Positions 11,403 through 20,151 are shown, numbered from the stretch's first letter. The stretch: DNA of 25,887 bases from an uncultured Verrucomicrobiota bacterium (GCA_964491255.1 CAZBGF010000001.1:1-25887), one strand, 5' to 3'. The notes: a model not told the origin generated them from the letters alone. Numbers and translations: made by a program.

Positions 11403-11588
11403 ATGTTTACTGATATTTCACGGATTCGGAATTCCCGGACGGGACGAGTTTCATCCTGGGACAAAACCGGCAGGAACAGAGATTTTCGGGTAATTCCTCC
11501 AGGAAAATCGTGTACGTTGGCAGACATCAAGGGCCCAGGCAAAATTTTGCATAGTATCACGGGCTCCGAAAAAAAAGCAAAGGCTTGA
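11403..11588 (+). pseudogene. 5' fragment of a DUF2961 (GH172-like) gene
   Basis: SD AGAAAGGA then [50 protein letters not shown], recognisable as a DUF2961 N-terminus; similarity ends near 11552 and the ORF stops after 61 aa. Confidence 0.6.
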
Positions 11589-11612
11589 CTCAACCAGACA
11601 TATTTATATACT
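11585..11612 (+). promoter_or_regulatory. Sigma70-type promoter for tRNA-Ala
   Basis: TTGACT-N16-TATACT, 39 nt upstream of the tRNA. Confidence 0.6.
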
Positions 11613-11651
11613 AACTGACGTTTGTATGGTGTAGACACGCAGTAAAAAAGT

Positions 11652-11727
11652 GGGGGATTAGCTCAGTTGGCAGAGCGTCTGAATGGCATTCAGAAGGTCG
11701 AGGGTTCGACTCCCTTATCCTCCACCA
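11652..11727 (+). tRNA. tRNA-Ala(GGC)
   Basis: 76 nt cloverleaf; GGGGGAT/ATCCTCC acceptor stem with G3:U70; anticodon arm TCTGA-ATGGCAT-TCAGA; GGTTCGACTCC T arm; encoded CCA. Confidence 0.97.
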
Positions 11728-11803
11728 TCTTATTCACAAGAGCGGGCCGATCTTGCATCGGCCAGGTCGAGGGTTCGACTCCCTTATCCTCCACCATCTT
11801 ATT
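11695..11803 (+). repeat. 40-bp perfect direct repeat of the tRNA 3' half (11695-11734 / 11764-11803), att-like
   Basis: AGGTCGAGGGTTCGACTCCCTTATCCTCCACCATCTTATT twice; the 29-bp spacer contains the hairpin GGCCGAT-CTTGC-ATCGGCC. Confidence 0.95.
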
Positions 11804-11848
11804 TGCTGGCCTCCCGCAGAAAGGGTTGGCATCCCGGTCATCTTACAC

Positions 11849-11872
11849 GGAGCCTGAAAGGCTCCTTCTTCT
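11849..11872 (+). terminator. Possible intrinsic terminator downstream of the tRNA
   Basis: GGAGCCT-GAA-AGGCTCC followed by TTCTTCT (weak U tract). Confidence 0.4.
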
Positions 11873-12014
11873 CATGGCCTGTCCTGAAACAAACTGAAAA
11901 AAACGACTTTTCCACACCTGAGCCGAAGGCGCAAAAATGAATCCCATATTTCACTTACCATTGTATCAATGGTGGTATATTATAATTACAGTAATTGTGA
12001 TGAGATATGTATAA

Positions 12015-12197
12015 GTGAATGCGAGACATACCAAAGATAAGAAAGATTTCTTGGTCGTTGCAATGTTGTCGAGGGATGGTGAAAGCATCTCATGGATCAA
12101 AGAAATTATCAGGGAAGCGGACGCAGGAATTTCGATAGGCAGAGCGCTCATGCTCAAAAGACAGGAAATTTACCCTCGGAAACGTCTTTCAGTCTAA
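12015..12197 (+). CDS. Possible small hypothetical protein (60 aa)
   Basis: Only plus-strand ORF filling this gap; preceded by AT-rich promoter-like DNA; no SD or recognisable motif. Confidence 0.25.
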   Translation: MNARHTKDKKDFLVVAMLSRDGESISWIKEIIREADAGISIGRALMLKRQEIYPRKRLSV

Positions 12198-12266
12198 TAA
12201 AACCTGAGAGTCGGTGCCTGTCAAATTCGTCACTCGATTTTCTCCCGTCCAAGAAACACTTCTGAA

Positions 12267-12926
12267 TCACCGCAATTTTTTGTCTGTGCCATTGATCTTC
12301 TCGACAAATTTCTTCCACTGACCGCTCTTACGTATTCGGGCCTGTGCGGCACTGTTACTCATGCCGAAATGGTAACCGGTTGGATTTGCGAGATAGGGAA
12401 GAATATCTTCGGATTGCAATTGCATTTCCAGTTTAGCGACACGAGAAAGCTGGCTGGCGAGAAATGGCTCGAAGACTTGCTCTGGAGCCAGAAGGTATGA
12501 AGCGAACTCCTCTGCTTGTCCTTCAATCCATTCGTAGTCACTATCGGGGAGCGATGCTATGATTTGCTTCCATGATTCTATAGAATCGAACAATTGATAG
12601 ACTTTCTCCAGCCAATTCCGATGTAGAACGTAGTGACCGATCTCGTGGGCAACAGAGTAGCGATAGAAAGAAGTCTGTTGACGATACTGATTTGCATCGA
12701 CAGATATCACGGGACGACTTTCGCCATGTGCAATCTGGGCGGGTGTACCACATTCTTCGAGAATTCCATAGGCGACGCGAATCTCAATATCTAAATCGAA
12801 CTCAGCAATCTCTTCTACATCCAGAGGGAAATCCCGTTCCGCAAGTCGATACTTGTCGGAAAAGTCCTTGGCTGTAGCGGCAATTTGCTGCCAAGTTAGT
12901 ACGGGGCGTGGAGGGAGTTGAACCAT
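12267..12926 (-). CDS. ImmA/IrrE family (peptidase M78-like) zinc metallopeptidase
   Basis: 219 aa from MVQLPP; YSVAHEIGHYVLH HExxH motif and IEGQAEEFASYLLAP; starts 4 nt after the XRE stop. Confidence 0.88.
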   Translation of the reverse strand: MVQLPPRPVLTWQQIAATAKDFSDKYRLAERDFPLDVEEIAEFDLDIEIRVAYGILEECGTPAQIAHGESRPVISVDANQYRQQTSFYRYSVAHEIGHYVLHRNWLEKVYQLFDSIESWKQIIASLPDSDYEWIEGQAEEFASYLLAPEQVFEPFLASQLSRVAKLEMQLQSEDILPYLANPTGYHFGMSNSAAQARIRKSGQWKKFVEKINGTDKKLR

Positions 12927-12930
12927 AGGC

Positions 12931-13323
12931 CTATGATCTCCGCAATTTATCAACCAGCCTGTCGATATCTTCAGACGTAGGCGTCTCACGCCGCAAGGTT
13001 CTAAACAAGACCGGCAAAACCTTCACGACTTCCTCTTCAGACATGAGATCCTGCGGAACAATTCCACAGTCAGCGGCTGCGTTGTCGAAGAACCGGTACC
13101 ACTGGTCAGTGCCTTCTGCGATATCCAGTGCCTTTGCATACCGTTCCAGAATGCTGTGATCTTGGGGTGGCGGCCACACGCCGCGTTCTATCTTACTGAT
13201 GTTCCCGGGATCAGCATTTGCCTTATTACAGAACGCACGTAACGTAATACGTTTCTCCTTGCGGATATCCTTCAGATACGGACCGAAAAGCGCTTGAGTC
13301 TGAGTCTGTGAGTTGTCGTTCAT
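12931..13323 (-). CDS. XRE-family HTH transcriptional regulator
   Basis: 130 aa from MNDNSQ; FGPYLKDIRKEKRITLRAFCNKANADPGNISKIERG; strong SD AAGGAGG. Confidence 0.9.
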   Translation of the reverse strand: MNDNSQTQTQALFGPYLKDIRKEKRITLRAFCNKANADPGNISKIERGVWPPPQDHSILERYAKALDIAEGTDQWYRFFDNAAADCGIVPQDLMSEEEVVKVLPVLFRTLRRETPTSEDIDRLVDKLRRS

Positions 13324-13343
13324 CTGCTCCTCCTTCCTTATTA

Positions 13344-13383
13344 TTGTAAAGATACTACAAAATATGTTGTACTGCAAGTACAA
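13344..13383. promoter_or_regulatory. Two 17-bp palindromic operators (TTGTA-N7-TACAA) overlapping the putative XRE promoter
   Basis: TTGTAaagatacTACAA (13344-13360) and TTGTACTgcaAGTACAA (13367-13383), 6 bp apart; on the minus strand TTGCAG-N17-TATCTT lies across them. Confidence 0.7.
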
Positions 13384-13619
13384 ATTTCAAATATTCTATT
13401 GGCGAGCTTCCATAGACAAATTCTGGCGCGACAGTGCCACAAATTTTTTTTCTTTTTGGGCCAGCTTGTCAGGCCGTATCTGAAAAGCGAAGACTGAAGA
13501 GGGATTCGAGAATGCCATTTCCAGATGAGTTACCGTCAGATTTGTCACCCGAACGGATGACCGGAAATTCTTCTCTTCACGGCGGCGGGCACAGCCTCGC
13601 AAGGCTCCCTCACCGCCTC

Positions 13620-13648
13620 GTCTCGCCGTAGCGGCTTGCAAAGGCGGA
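13620..13648. repeat. Short hairpin repeat module GTCTCGCCGTAGC...AAAGGCGGA within a hairpin-rich intergenic mosaic
   Basis: Resembles, from recollection, GTCCGCCGTAGC..GCGAAGGCGGA-type small palindromic repeats. Confidence 0.4.
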
Positions 13649-13738
13649 TACTTCGTGCCTCTCGCAGAAAGCTGTGGCCTCCGGCCATCTTGTTGCCGCC
13701 TCCGGCGTCTTAAATCTGCGCGCGAAAAAATTATTTTC

Positions 13739-14104
13739 TTAAATGTCCGGTTTTGATCCGGCCTCAACAAATTTCTTTCTAATGAAACCAACGAATTTCC
13801 GATGCCACGAGAACCAGTACCCCATATCATAAAGCAGCAGCTTTCCTAGAAGGGTGACCGCCAAAACACCTAGAACGCAAGCTAAAATAATGTAACTTCC
13901 TTTCACCTTGTCCGAAAGTAATGGAGAACCCTTGCTGAGTTCACAAAATCCAAAAGCAATAGCAATAACAGCAAAGATTACAGTGTCCAAAAAGGCCATT
14001 AGCTTACCAGAATAGAGGGAGGACAACTTGAGACCAAAGAGCTTGCCCCTCGTCAAGTCATTAACAAGAGAGTGAATGCCTTCACTCGGAATCATAAGGT
14101 TCAT
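13739..14104 (-). CDS. Hypothetical membrane protein, 2 TM
   Basis: 121-aa ORF with two hydrophobic segments; no family recognised. Confidence 0.5.
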   Translation of the reverse strand: MNLMIPSEGIHSLVNDLTRGKLFGLKLSSLYSGKLMAFLDTVIFAVIAIAFGFCELSKGSPLLSDKVKGSYIILACVLGVLAVTLLGKLLLYDMGYWFSWHRKFVGFIRKKFVEAGSKPDI

Positions 14105-14200
14105 TGGTTTACTGTCGCTTATGTCCCAAGAGCAGTAGCCGTTTGGTTGTCAAGTTGATGGGAATGCTGGTGCAAAACTGAGGGCAGAATATAATTCGGA

Positions 14201-15409
14201 TTACGTCTCCATACCAAGCATGCGTTTAACAAAGTCAATAATCGAAACCGAATCCACGGCAGAAGATGCGTTTTTCACAGCATAACGAATCAATCCTAAG
14301 GGCGCGGCGTATTCAGGACCTTCATAAGCAGAACCCATTCCGCTGAAACCCCGGGGTTTTCCAATGATACAGCGCATATCAAACACTCGCTCCACCGCCG
14401 TTTCAATCCCTTTGAGGTGTGCGCCACCTCCTGTCAGAACCACACCCGCACCCAACTGATGACTGAGCGATTTTTTCTCCAGATCATTCCGAATCATGCC
14501 GAACATTTCGTCCACACGTGCATTGATGATGACATTCAAATCTGAAACCGCAATCGAACATGCGGAAAAACCGACCTCCGCAGGAATGGAAATCCGCTGA
14601 AAATGTGTGCTCGAATCCAGGATTGCCGATGCGGATTCATGTTTTAATCGCTCAGCCCGCTTGAGTGAAAGATTGAAACACAAGGAAATATCATTCGTAA
14701 TGTGATCCCCGCCAACCGCCAGAACGCCGATCGTTGCGATGGCCCCATCCGCGTAAACGACATAACTGGTCGTACCCGCCCCGCAGTCAATCAGTATGAC
14801 CCCGCGTTCCTTCTGCTCCGGCGTAAGGGTCGCCAGCGCAGAACATAATCCGCTGAACACCATTTCCACAACCTCCACGCCGATACCACTCACTGCTTGC
14901 AAGGAATTGTTTAACAAATTTCTGGATCCATGAATAACCAGCATATTCAAAGCAAGCTTCCCGCCATGCATCCCTTCCGGGTTAATCACACCATGCTGAT
15001 CATCAACAAAATATTTCAGGGGAATCGTATGGAGAACTTCGGAATCCGACGGCAGATTAACCGAACGTGCAATGTTCATCACTTCTTCAACATCGTTACT
15101 CGTAATGCCCTGGTCAGCATCAAAAATGGGATACGTACCCAGACTTACCATACTCTTAATATGGCATCCGGAAATGGTCAAATAAACCTGACGAATATCC
15201 AGAGTGGCTGTTTGTTCCGCACCCTGAATCGCCATTCGAATGCAAGACACCACAGCTTCGATATCCAGTATAATCCCCTTTTGAACACCGCAGGAACGAC
15301 ACTCTCCAATACCGGTGATCATAATATGACCATCTTCCCGCGCCTCCCCGACCAAAGCGCATATTTTATGCGTTCCAATTTCCAGCGCGACTATCGGATA
15401 TAACGCCAT
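14201..15409 (-). CDS. ftsA: Cell division protein FtsA
   Basis: VALEIGTHKIC, LIDCGAGTT, VGGDHITNDI, VVLTGGGAHL, YAAPLGL, C-terminal amphipathic helix. Confidence 0.95.
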   Translation of the reverse strand: MALYPIVALEIGTHKICALVGEAREDGHIMITGIGECRSCGVQKGIILDIEAVVSCIRMAIQGAEQTATLDIRQVYLTISGCHIKSMVSLGTYPIFDADQGITSNDVEEVMNIARSVNLPSDSEVLHTIPLKYFVDDQHGVINPEGMHGGKLALNMLVIHGSRNLLNNSLQAVSGIGVEVVEMVFSGLCSALATLTPEQKERGVILIDCGAGTTSYVVYADGAIATIGVLAVGGDHITNDISLCFNLSLKRAERLKHESASAILDSSTHFQRISIPAEVGFSACSIAVSDLNVIINARVDEMFGMIRNDLEKKSLSHQLGAGVVLTGGGAHLKGIETAVERVFDMRCIIGKPRGFSGMGSAYEGPEYAAPLGLIRYAVKNASSAVDSVSIIDFVKRMLGMET

Positions 15410-15518
15410 TTATTTATCCTTTCTCCTCAATACATGGTCTACTGAATTATTCGCCACAAAAAGGGGGAAGAGAAACCACAGATTTCTTTGTGCCTTCGTA
15501 GCAGATGAACATATCGGA

Positions 15519-16409
15519 CTAATTATATTGAGCCGGAAAATTATTGTCCAGTGTCATATCAATCGATTGAATGCGTTTTCCCCGGTCTTTACTTTCGCTC
15601 AAACAGTTCACCAGTCTACCCAATTTCTCCTCCAGACACTCACGAGACAATGACGATCTATCCTCCATATGCTCCCACGCCAACTTGACCTGTTCACCGC
15701 CGATTAGACGAAATTCAAGCGACTCCCTGTCTCTCACATCCAAACTCTCAATCGTAAGCACATTACCTATCGGAGTTGTTTCACAAACATCCAATACATC
15801 AATTGCATTCATAACCGCTGTACCACCTAAAAAAACTCCGGGCCTGAGTCCAGGCATACAATGACCATTGACAACAGGCAGCATACGGGAACCGGATGAC
15901 AATCCAAGAACATACCCATCACGATCAACCGTCAGGTAATAACTCTCCATATTCAGACGCGCTACAGGCACACGCTCTATCACACTAATAGTTAAAGCGC
16001 CAGGGAGACGCCGTGTTATCTCAACATCCTTCAAAAGAGGCACAGTGGCAAGCAAGTGATCCCTCAGACGCCCGATGTTTACATCAAACAAATTGGACCA
16101 GACAGACATTTCCACATAGTCCATCACATGAGCCTGTGTGATCACATCACCACTACACTCAATATGACTCTCGGTAATGCGAAACAGGTCGTTTCGAGAA
16201 AAAAAAGCGCGACTCAGAAACTGGATACCCAGCCAAATCAGGATCACAGCTGAAGCCAGACCAACCAATACCAATAAAATACTGATCAACCGTTTCCTGA
16301 TTCTGGCTATATCATGTGCCTGCGCATTAAGCCGTAATAAAGTCCGACGCTTCGGCTTGCGCGAACCAATCTGCCCTAGTTTTTTAGTCTTCGAACGATT
16401 AAACTTCAT
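15519..16409 (-). CDS. ftsQ: Cell division protein FtsQ/DivIB
   Basis: Basic N-terminus, single TM, POTRA region (KDVEITRRLPGALTISVIERVPVA); lies between ddl and ftsA. Confidence 0.85.
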   Translation of the reverse strand: MKFNRSKTKKLGQIGSRKPKRRTLLRLNAQAHDIARIRKRLISILLVLVGLASAVILIWLGIQFLSRAFFSRNDLFRITESHIECSGDVITQAHVMDYVEMSVWSNLFDVNIGRLRDHLLATVPLLKDVEITRRLPGALTISVIERVPVARLNMESYYLTVDRDGYVLGLSSGSRMLPVVNGHCMPGLRPGVFLGGTAVMNAIDVLDVCETTPIGNVLTIESLDVRDRESLEFRLIGGEQVKLAWEHMEDRSSLSRECLEEKLGRLVNCLSESKDRGKRIQSIDMTLDNNFPAQYN

Positions 16410-16502
16410 AAAAACTTCTTTTGTAACTGTTCAGCCTTAATGACCCACTGTAGCTATTAAGCCAACCGAATTAAACCGTTTTGGCGAGGATTCTCTGCCC
16501 TC

Positions 16503-16570
16503 AAAGCGGATTATTGAGTCCGCTTTTAGCGGGCTCAATCCCTCGGAGTCCCGCAGATGCGGGGCGAGAA
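16503..16570. repeat. REP-like hairpins between ddl and ftsQ
   Basis: ATTGAGTCCGCT-TTT-AGCGGGCTCAAT (16513-16539) and CCCGCA-GA-TGCGGG (16550-16563). Confidence 0.6.
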
Positions 16571-16621
16571 TGAGCAAGGGGGTTGAGAGTCCACCAAAAA
16601 TAAATAATTTCTTCAGATAGC

Positions 16622-17578
16622 TTAATACTTACGGCCCGGCAGAGCCGGGGCAAATGCAAAAGGAACTGTCGTTTCGCTGAAAGATTCCAGCGTCGCCATG
16701 CGCATAATGCGATCGCAAAGCACCGGAAAATCATAACCTGCGGCTTGTGCCGCCTTTGGCAATAAACTCGTCTCGGTAAAACCGGGAATCGTATTGAACT
16801 CCAGCACATAGATATTGCCTGAAGACGACATCCGCATGTCTACTCGCCCAAAACCGCGGCAATTCAAAACCTGAAATGTCTCCCATGCAAACTTCTGACA
16901 TAATCGAGTTGACTGTTCATCCAATGGAGCTGGAACAAGATACTCGGTCAGTCCCTTCGTATATTTCGCCTGATAATTATAATTGTTATCCGGCGCCCGG
17001 ATTTCTATTACAGGCAATGTTTCCTCGCCAACAATTCCCACGGTGAGTTCTTTTCCATCAATGTACGGTTCCACAATCACTTCACCATTATAGATCAGCG
17101 CATCAGTATATGCATCAGTCCATTCCGATTCGCTCACTACGCGGTGAACTCCAAAACTGGAACCCTGCCTGACGGGCTTCACCACAACCGGTAATGGTAT
17201 TGTTCGTTGTTCACCAGCACGTAAAATTTCATAAGCCGGAGTGGGAATGTTGTGCTGAACAAACCGTTGTTTCGACAATACTTTATCAAAGGCCAGCCCA
17301 CTGGCTTCAGAACCCGCACCTGTATAAGGAACCCCACGCTGTTCTAAAATCTTCTGAATCCGGCCATCTTCGCCAAATTCCCCGTGCAGTGCAATAAACA
17401 CCGCCTGGATTTGAGACGGTATTTCGCATTCATAATCCCGAACATCAATCTCAACTACGTTATACCCGGCGTTTCTCAAACCATTGGCAACAGCCTTGCC
17501 TGAATGCAACGACACCTCACGCTCTTTTGACACCCCACCCATAAGAACCGCTATATTATGAAAACGATCGTTACTCAA
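16622..17578 (-). CDS. ddl: D-alanine--D-alanine ligase
   Basis: IAVLMGGVSKEREVSL, ALHGEFGEDG, KPVRQGSSFG, FGRVDMR, EFNTIPGFT; likely TTG start at 17578 overlapping the murB end, with SD GAGGAG. Confidence 0.95.
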   Translation of the reverse strand: MSNDRFHNIAVLMGGVSKEREVSLHSGKAVANGLRNAGYNVVEIDVRDYECEIPSQIQAVFIALHGEFGEDGRIQKILEQRGVPYTGAGSEASGLAFDKVLSKQRFVQHNIPTPAYEILRAGEQRTIPLPVVVKPVRQGSSFGVHRVVSESEWTDAYTDALIYNGEVIVEPYIDGKELTVGIVGEETLPVIEIRAPDNNYNYQAKYTKGLTEYLVPAPLDEQSTRLCQKFAWETFQVLNCRGFGRVDMRMSSSGNIYVLEFNTIPGFTETSLLPKAAQAAGYDFPVLCDRIMRMATLESFSETTVPFAFAPALPGRKY

Positions 17579-19904
17579 GACAGATAATCTCCTCAACCAA
17601 TTCAACACCAAAACGTGTTTTTACTTCGTTTCGAATAATCCCGATTAACGCGGCTACATCCGAAGCCAACGCATTCTGCTCTGTCACAATCATGTTCGCA
17701 TGGCGTTCCGAAACCCGTGCGCCTCCGACTTGACGAGCTTTCAGCCCCGCCTGCTCTATCAGACGACCCGCAGTATCACCTTCCGGATTTTTAAACACAG
17801 ACCCGGCAGATCGCATTCCCCGCATCCACGCTCTGCGCGCGGCTATAGCATTTATTCGTTTACGAACAGCGTCCGGAGTGCTTGTCTCAGCATTCAATGC
17901 GACCTCAATTATTACTCGATTCCGAACGGTTTCACATTGCCGATAACCAAACTGCAAGTCCTGCTTCTCAAGAACCTGTATTACAGCATCCGAATTCAAA
18001 ACACGCACCCACGCAACATACCCGCCAATGGTTTCCCCACCCGCTCCGGCATTCATTCGCAAAGCCCCTCCCACAGAACCCGGAATGCCTTTTAAAAACT
18101 CCAGACCGGATTTCCCTTGATCAGCCAGCCATGATGTTAATTCGTTCAATGCGACTCCGGCTCCTGCAACAACCCGATTATCCCCATTAATGCGGACACC
18201 CTTAAACGGAATGCCATCAAGAAGCAGAACAACACCACGGACACCTAAATCACTCACGAGCACATTACTGCCAGCGCCAAGAATCGTTACCGGCACTTGA
18301 TTGTCTGATGACCATTTAACAATTTTCGCGAGATCATCTTCATCGCCGATGTTCAGTAGAATATCAGCACAGCCACCAACACGCAAGGTTGTCTTACTGA
18401 AAAGTGGATGTCGAATATGAACAGAACTCGACTGAAGCCCCAGCCCGGACAAACCCTCCATCCACTGTGATATGGGATTTAAAAGATTTAATCCCCCTGC
18501 CTGGATATCGTCCCTTGCCCACAGGGCAATCTTTTCAACATCGCCCGCACCAATAACCAGCAACCCGTCACCTTTTTTCAAAACACCCTTCAAATATTTC
18601 CAAACCTGACACAACGAAGAAGCACATACTGTTTTTATTTTTCCATTTGCTCGAAAACGAGCATATAAATCCCACACTGTTCCACCTGGAATCGGCTCTT
18701 CTGATGCCGCATAAACCGGCGCCAAAATCAACTCGTCGACGCCCTCAAACGCTGAAGGAAAATCTTTACCAAGAACTTTTGTCCGGCTAAACCGATGCGG
18801 CTGAAACACAGCAATCCAGCGGGAACGCTTTATCCGCTTAGCCGTACGCAACAAAGCCGCGACTTCCGAAGGATGATGCGCATAATCTGAAATCACCAGC
18901 ACATCATCCTGCTCAACAACCCGCTCAAACCTGCGGCGAACCGGCACAAAGCCTGACAACGCTTTCTGAATATCCGGAACAACTGCTTTCTGCTCTAACG
19001 CCGCGGCACAGGCCGCTAAAGCATTCAATATGTTGTGACGCCCGGGCACTGGCAAACGAATACTCCCCAGAACTTTGCCATGCAAGCTGACGCGAAAAGT
19101 ATTTAACCCGTGAACTTCTTCCATAATATCCGTCGCGCGAAGATCAGCTGATGGCGAAAAGCCATACGAAAACGCCTTTTCAAGTCCTTTACATAACTGC
19201 CATGACTGAGCATCATCCGCGCAAAAAACGACTCGCTTCTTAACATGCCGAATCATGGTTTCGAAACAATTTCTGAACGCGTCCAGATTCTCAAAATGCT
19301 CAGCGTGGTCAAACTCTATATTCGTAATAACAGCAATATCCGGCTGATAATAAGCCAGAGTTCCATCGCTTTCATCAGCTTCCACAACCATGATTCCGCT
19401 CTTACCAATTCCAGCCACGTGCCCGAGCTCATCCGACTCTCCGCCAATACAAAAACAGGGGGGCACACCACAGCTTCTCAACGTTTGAACAATCATCCAC
19501 GCCGTTGTTGTTTTACCATGGGTGCCGCAAACTAAAATCGATCTCCATTCAGATAACAGAACGGATAAAACCATTCCCCTCAGGAATACTGGAATACCCG
19601 ACGCAAAAGCTTCAGCGATTTCCGGATGTGTCTCGCGCACTGCAGTGCTTCTAATTACCCAGTCAACATCAGCAAGATGAGCAGAATCATGATTACACGC
19701 CACGGAAACATCACAGCTCTCAAGCCATGGAGCAAAATGATTACAGGCTATATCGCAACCGGTAACTCGAAAACCCTGGTTCCGTAAATGAAAAGCCAAT
19801 CCCGCCATCCCAACACCGCACACGCCAACAAGATGAACATGGCCTGACTTTGACTTCAATATCTGTTTCAATAGATTTCTATTATCTACTCTTTGATTAT
19901 TCAT
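17571..19904 (-). CDS. murC-murB: Bifunctional MurC-MurB fusion (UDP-MurNAc-L-Ala ligase + UDP-GlcNAc-enolpyruvate reductase)
   Basis: MurC motifs GVCGVGM, GTHGKTTT, EADESDG, DYAHHP, FQPHRFSRT, followed in one 777-aa ORF by MurB motifs GAGSNVL, GIPGSVGG, SAGSVFKNP, HANMIV. Confidence 0.93.
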   Translation of the reverse strand: MNNQRVDNRNLLKQILKSKSGHVHLVGVCGVGMAGLAFHLRNQGFRVTGCDIACNHFAPWLESCDVSVACNHDSAHLADVDWVIRSTAVRETHPEIAEAFASGIPVFLRGMVLSVLLSEWRSILVCGTHGKTTTAWMIVQTLRSCGVPPCFCIGGESDELGHVAGIGKSGIMVVEADESDGTLAYYQPDIAVITNIEFDHAEHFENLDAFRNCFETMIRHVKKRVVFCADDAQSWQLCKGLEKAFSYGFSPSADLRATDIMEEVHGLNTFRVSLHGKVLGSIRLPVPGRHNILNALAACAAALEQKAVVPDIQKALSGFVPVRRRFERVVEQDDVLVISDYAHHPSEVAALLRTAKRIKRSRWIAVFQPHRFSRTKVLGKDFPSAFEGVDELILAPVYAASEEPIPGGTVWDLYARFRANGKIKTVCASSLCQVWKYLKGVLKKGDGLLVIGAGDVEKIALWARDDIQAGGLNLLNPISQWMEGLSGLGLQSSSVHIRHPLFSKTTLRVGGCADILLNIGDEDDLAKIVKWSSDNQVPVTILGAGSNVLVSDLGVRGVVLLLDGIPFKGVRINGDNRVVAGAGVALNELTSWLADQGKSGLEFLKGIPGSVGGALRMNAGAGGETIGGYVAWVRVLNSDAVIQVLEKQDLQFGYRQCETVRNRVIIEVALNAETSTPDAVRKRINAIAARRAWMRGMRSAGSVFKNPEGDTAGRLIEQAGLKARQVGGARVSERHANMIVTEQNALASDVAALIGIIRNEVKTRFGVELVEEIICLE

Positions 19905-19930
19905 TGGTAGTAACTAAGTGTGGTGTCCGT

Positions 19931-20151
19931 TAAATAGAGCCTGTTCGAAAAGGGTATTGCATCTGAAACGCACTGAAAGACATAAGAAATTTAACCGCGG
20001 ATTACACTGATGGGCGCTGATAAAAGAGAAAAAAGAATAAATGTGTTTTATATTTATCATTTTGCTATCAATTATTTGAGAAATTTTTGATCTTTATCCG
20101 TGTTATCCGCGTAATCCGCGGTCAAAAGGCTTTTCGGATGGGGTCTAAATA
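19931..20151. mobile_element. 209-bp MITE-like element (19937-20145) with imperfect TIRs and a 6-bp flanking direct repeat
   Basis: TAAATA at 19931-19936 and 20146-20151; ends GAGCCTGTTCGAAAAG vs (rc) GACCCCATCCGAAAAG, 12/16; internal IR TTTAACCGCGGATTAC / GTAATCCGCGGTCAAA. Confidence 0.6.

Noticed and set aside
11652-11803. CRISPR-like repeat-spacer-repeat
   Set aside because: Only two copies, the repeat is tRNA sequence, and no cas genes are present
11378-11940. ORFs 11378-11638, 11667-11897 and 11683-11940
   Set aside because: They are antisense to the DUF2961 fragment or read through the tRNA and its duplicate
12927-13383. Longer ORF starts for immA (12989) and XRE (13383)
   Set aside because: They overlap the neighbouring gene or the operators; the downstream ATGs fit the SD and spacing better
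13396-13830. 144-aa minus-strand ORF and 65-aa plus-strand ORF (13434-13631)
   Set aside because: They run through hairpin repeats, have low-complexity Arg-rich content and no motifs; a 39-aa ORF from 13512 with a weak SD cannot be supported either
11804-14200. Intact prophage or ICE at tRNA-Ala
   Set aside because: No integrase, structural or conjugation genes and no distal att copy found
17579-17611. ATG start of ddl at 17611
   Set aside because: It lies 40 nt inside murB; the TTG at 17578 has an SD and gives a normal N-terminus
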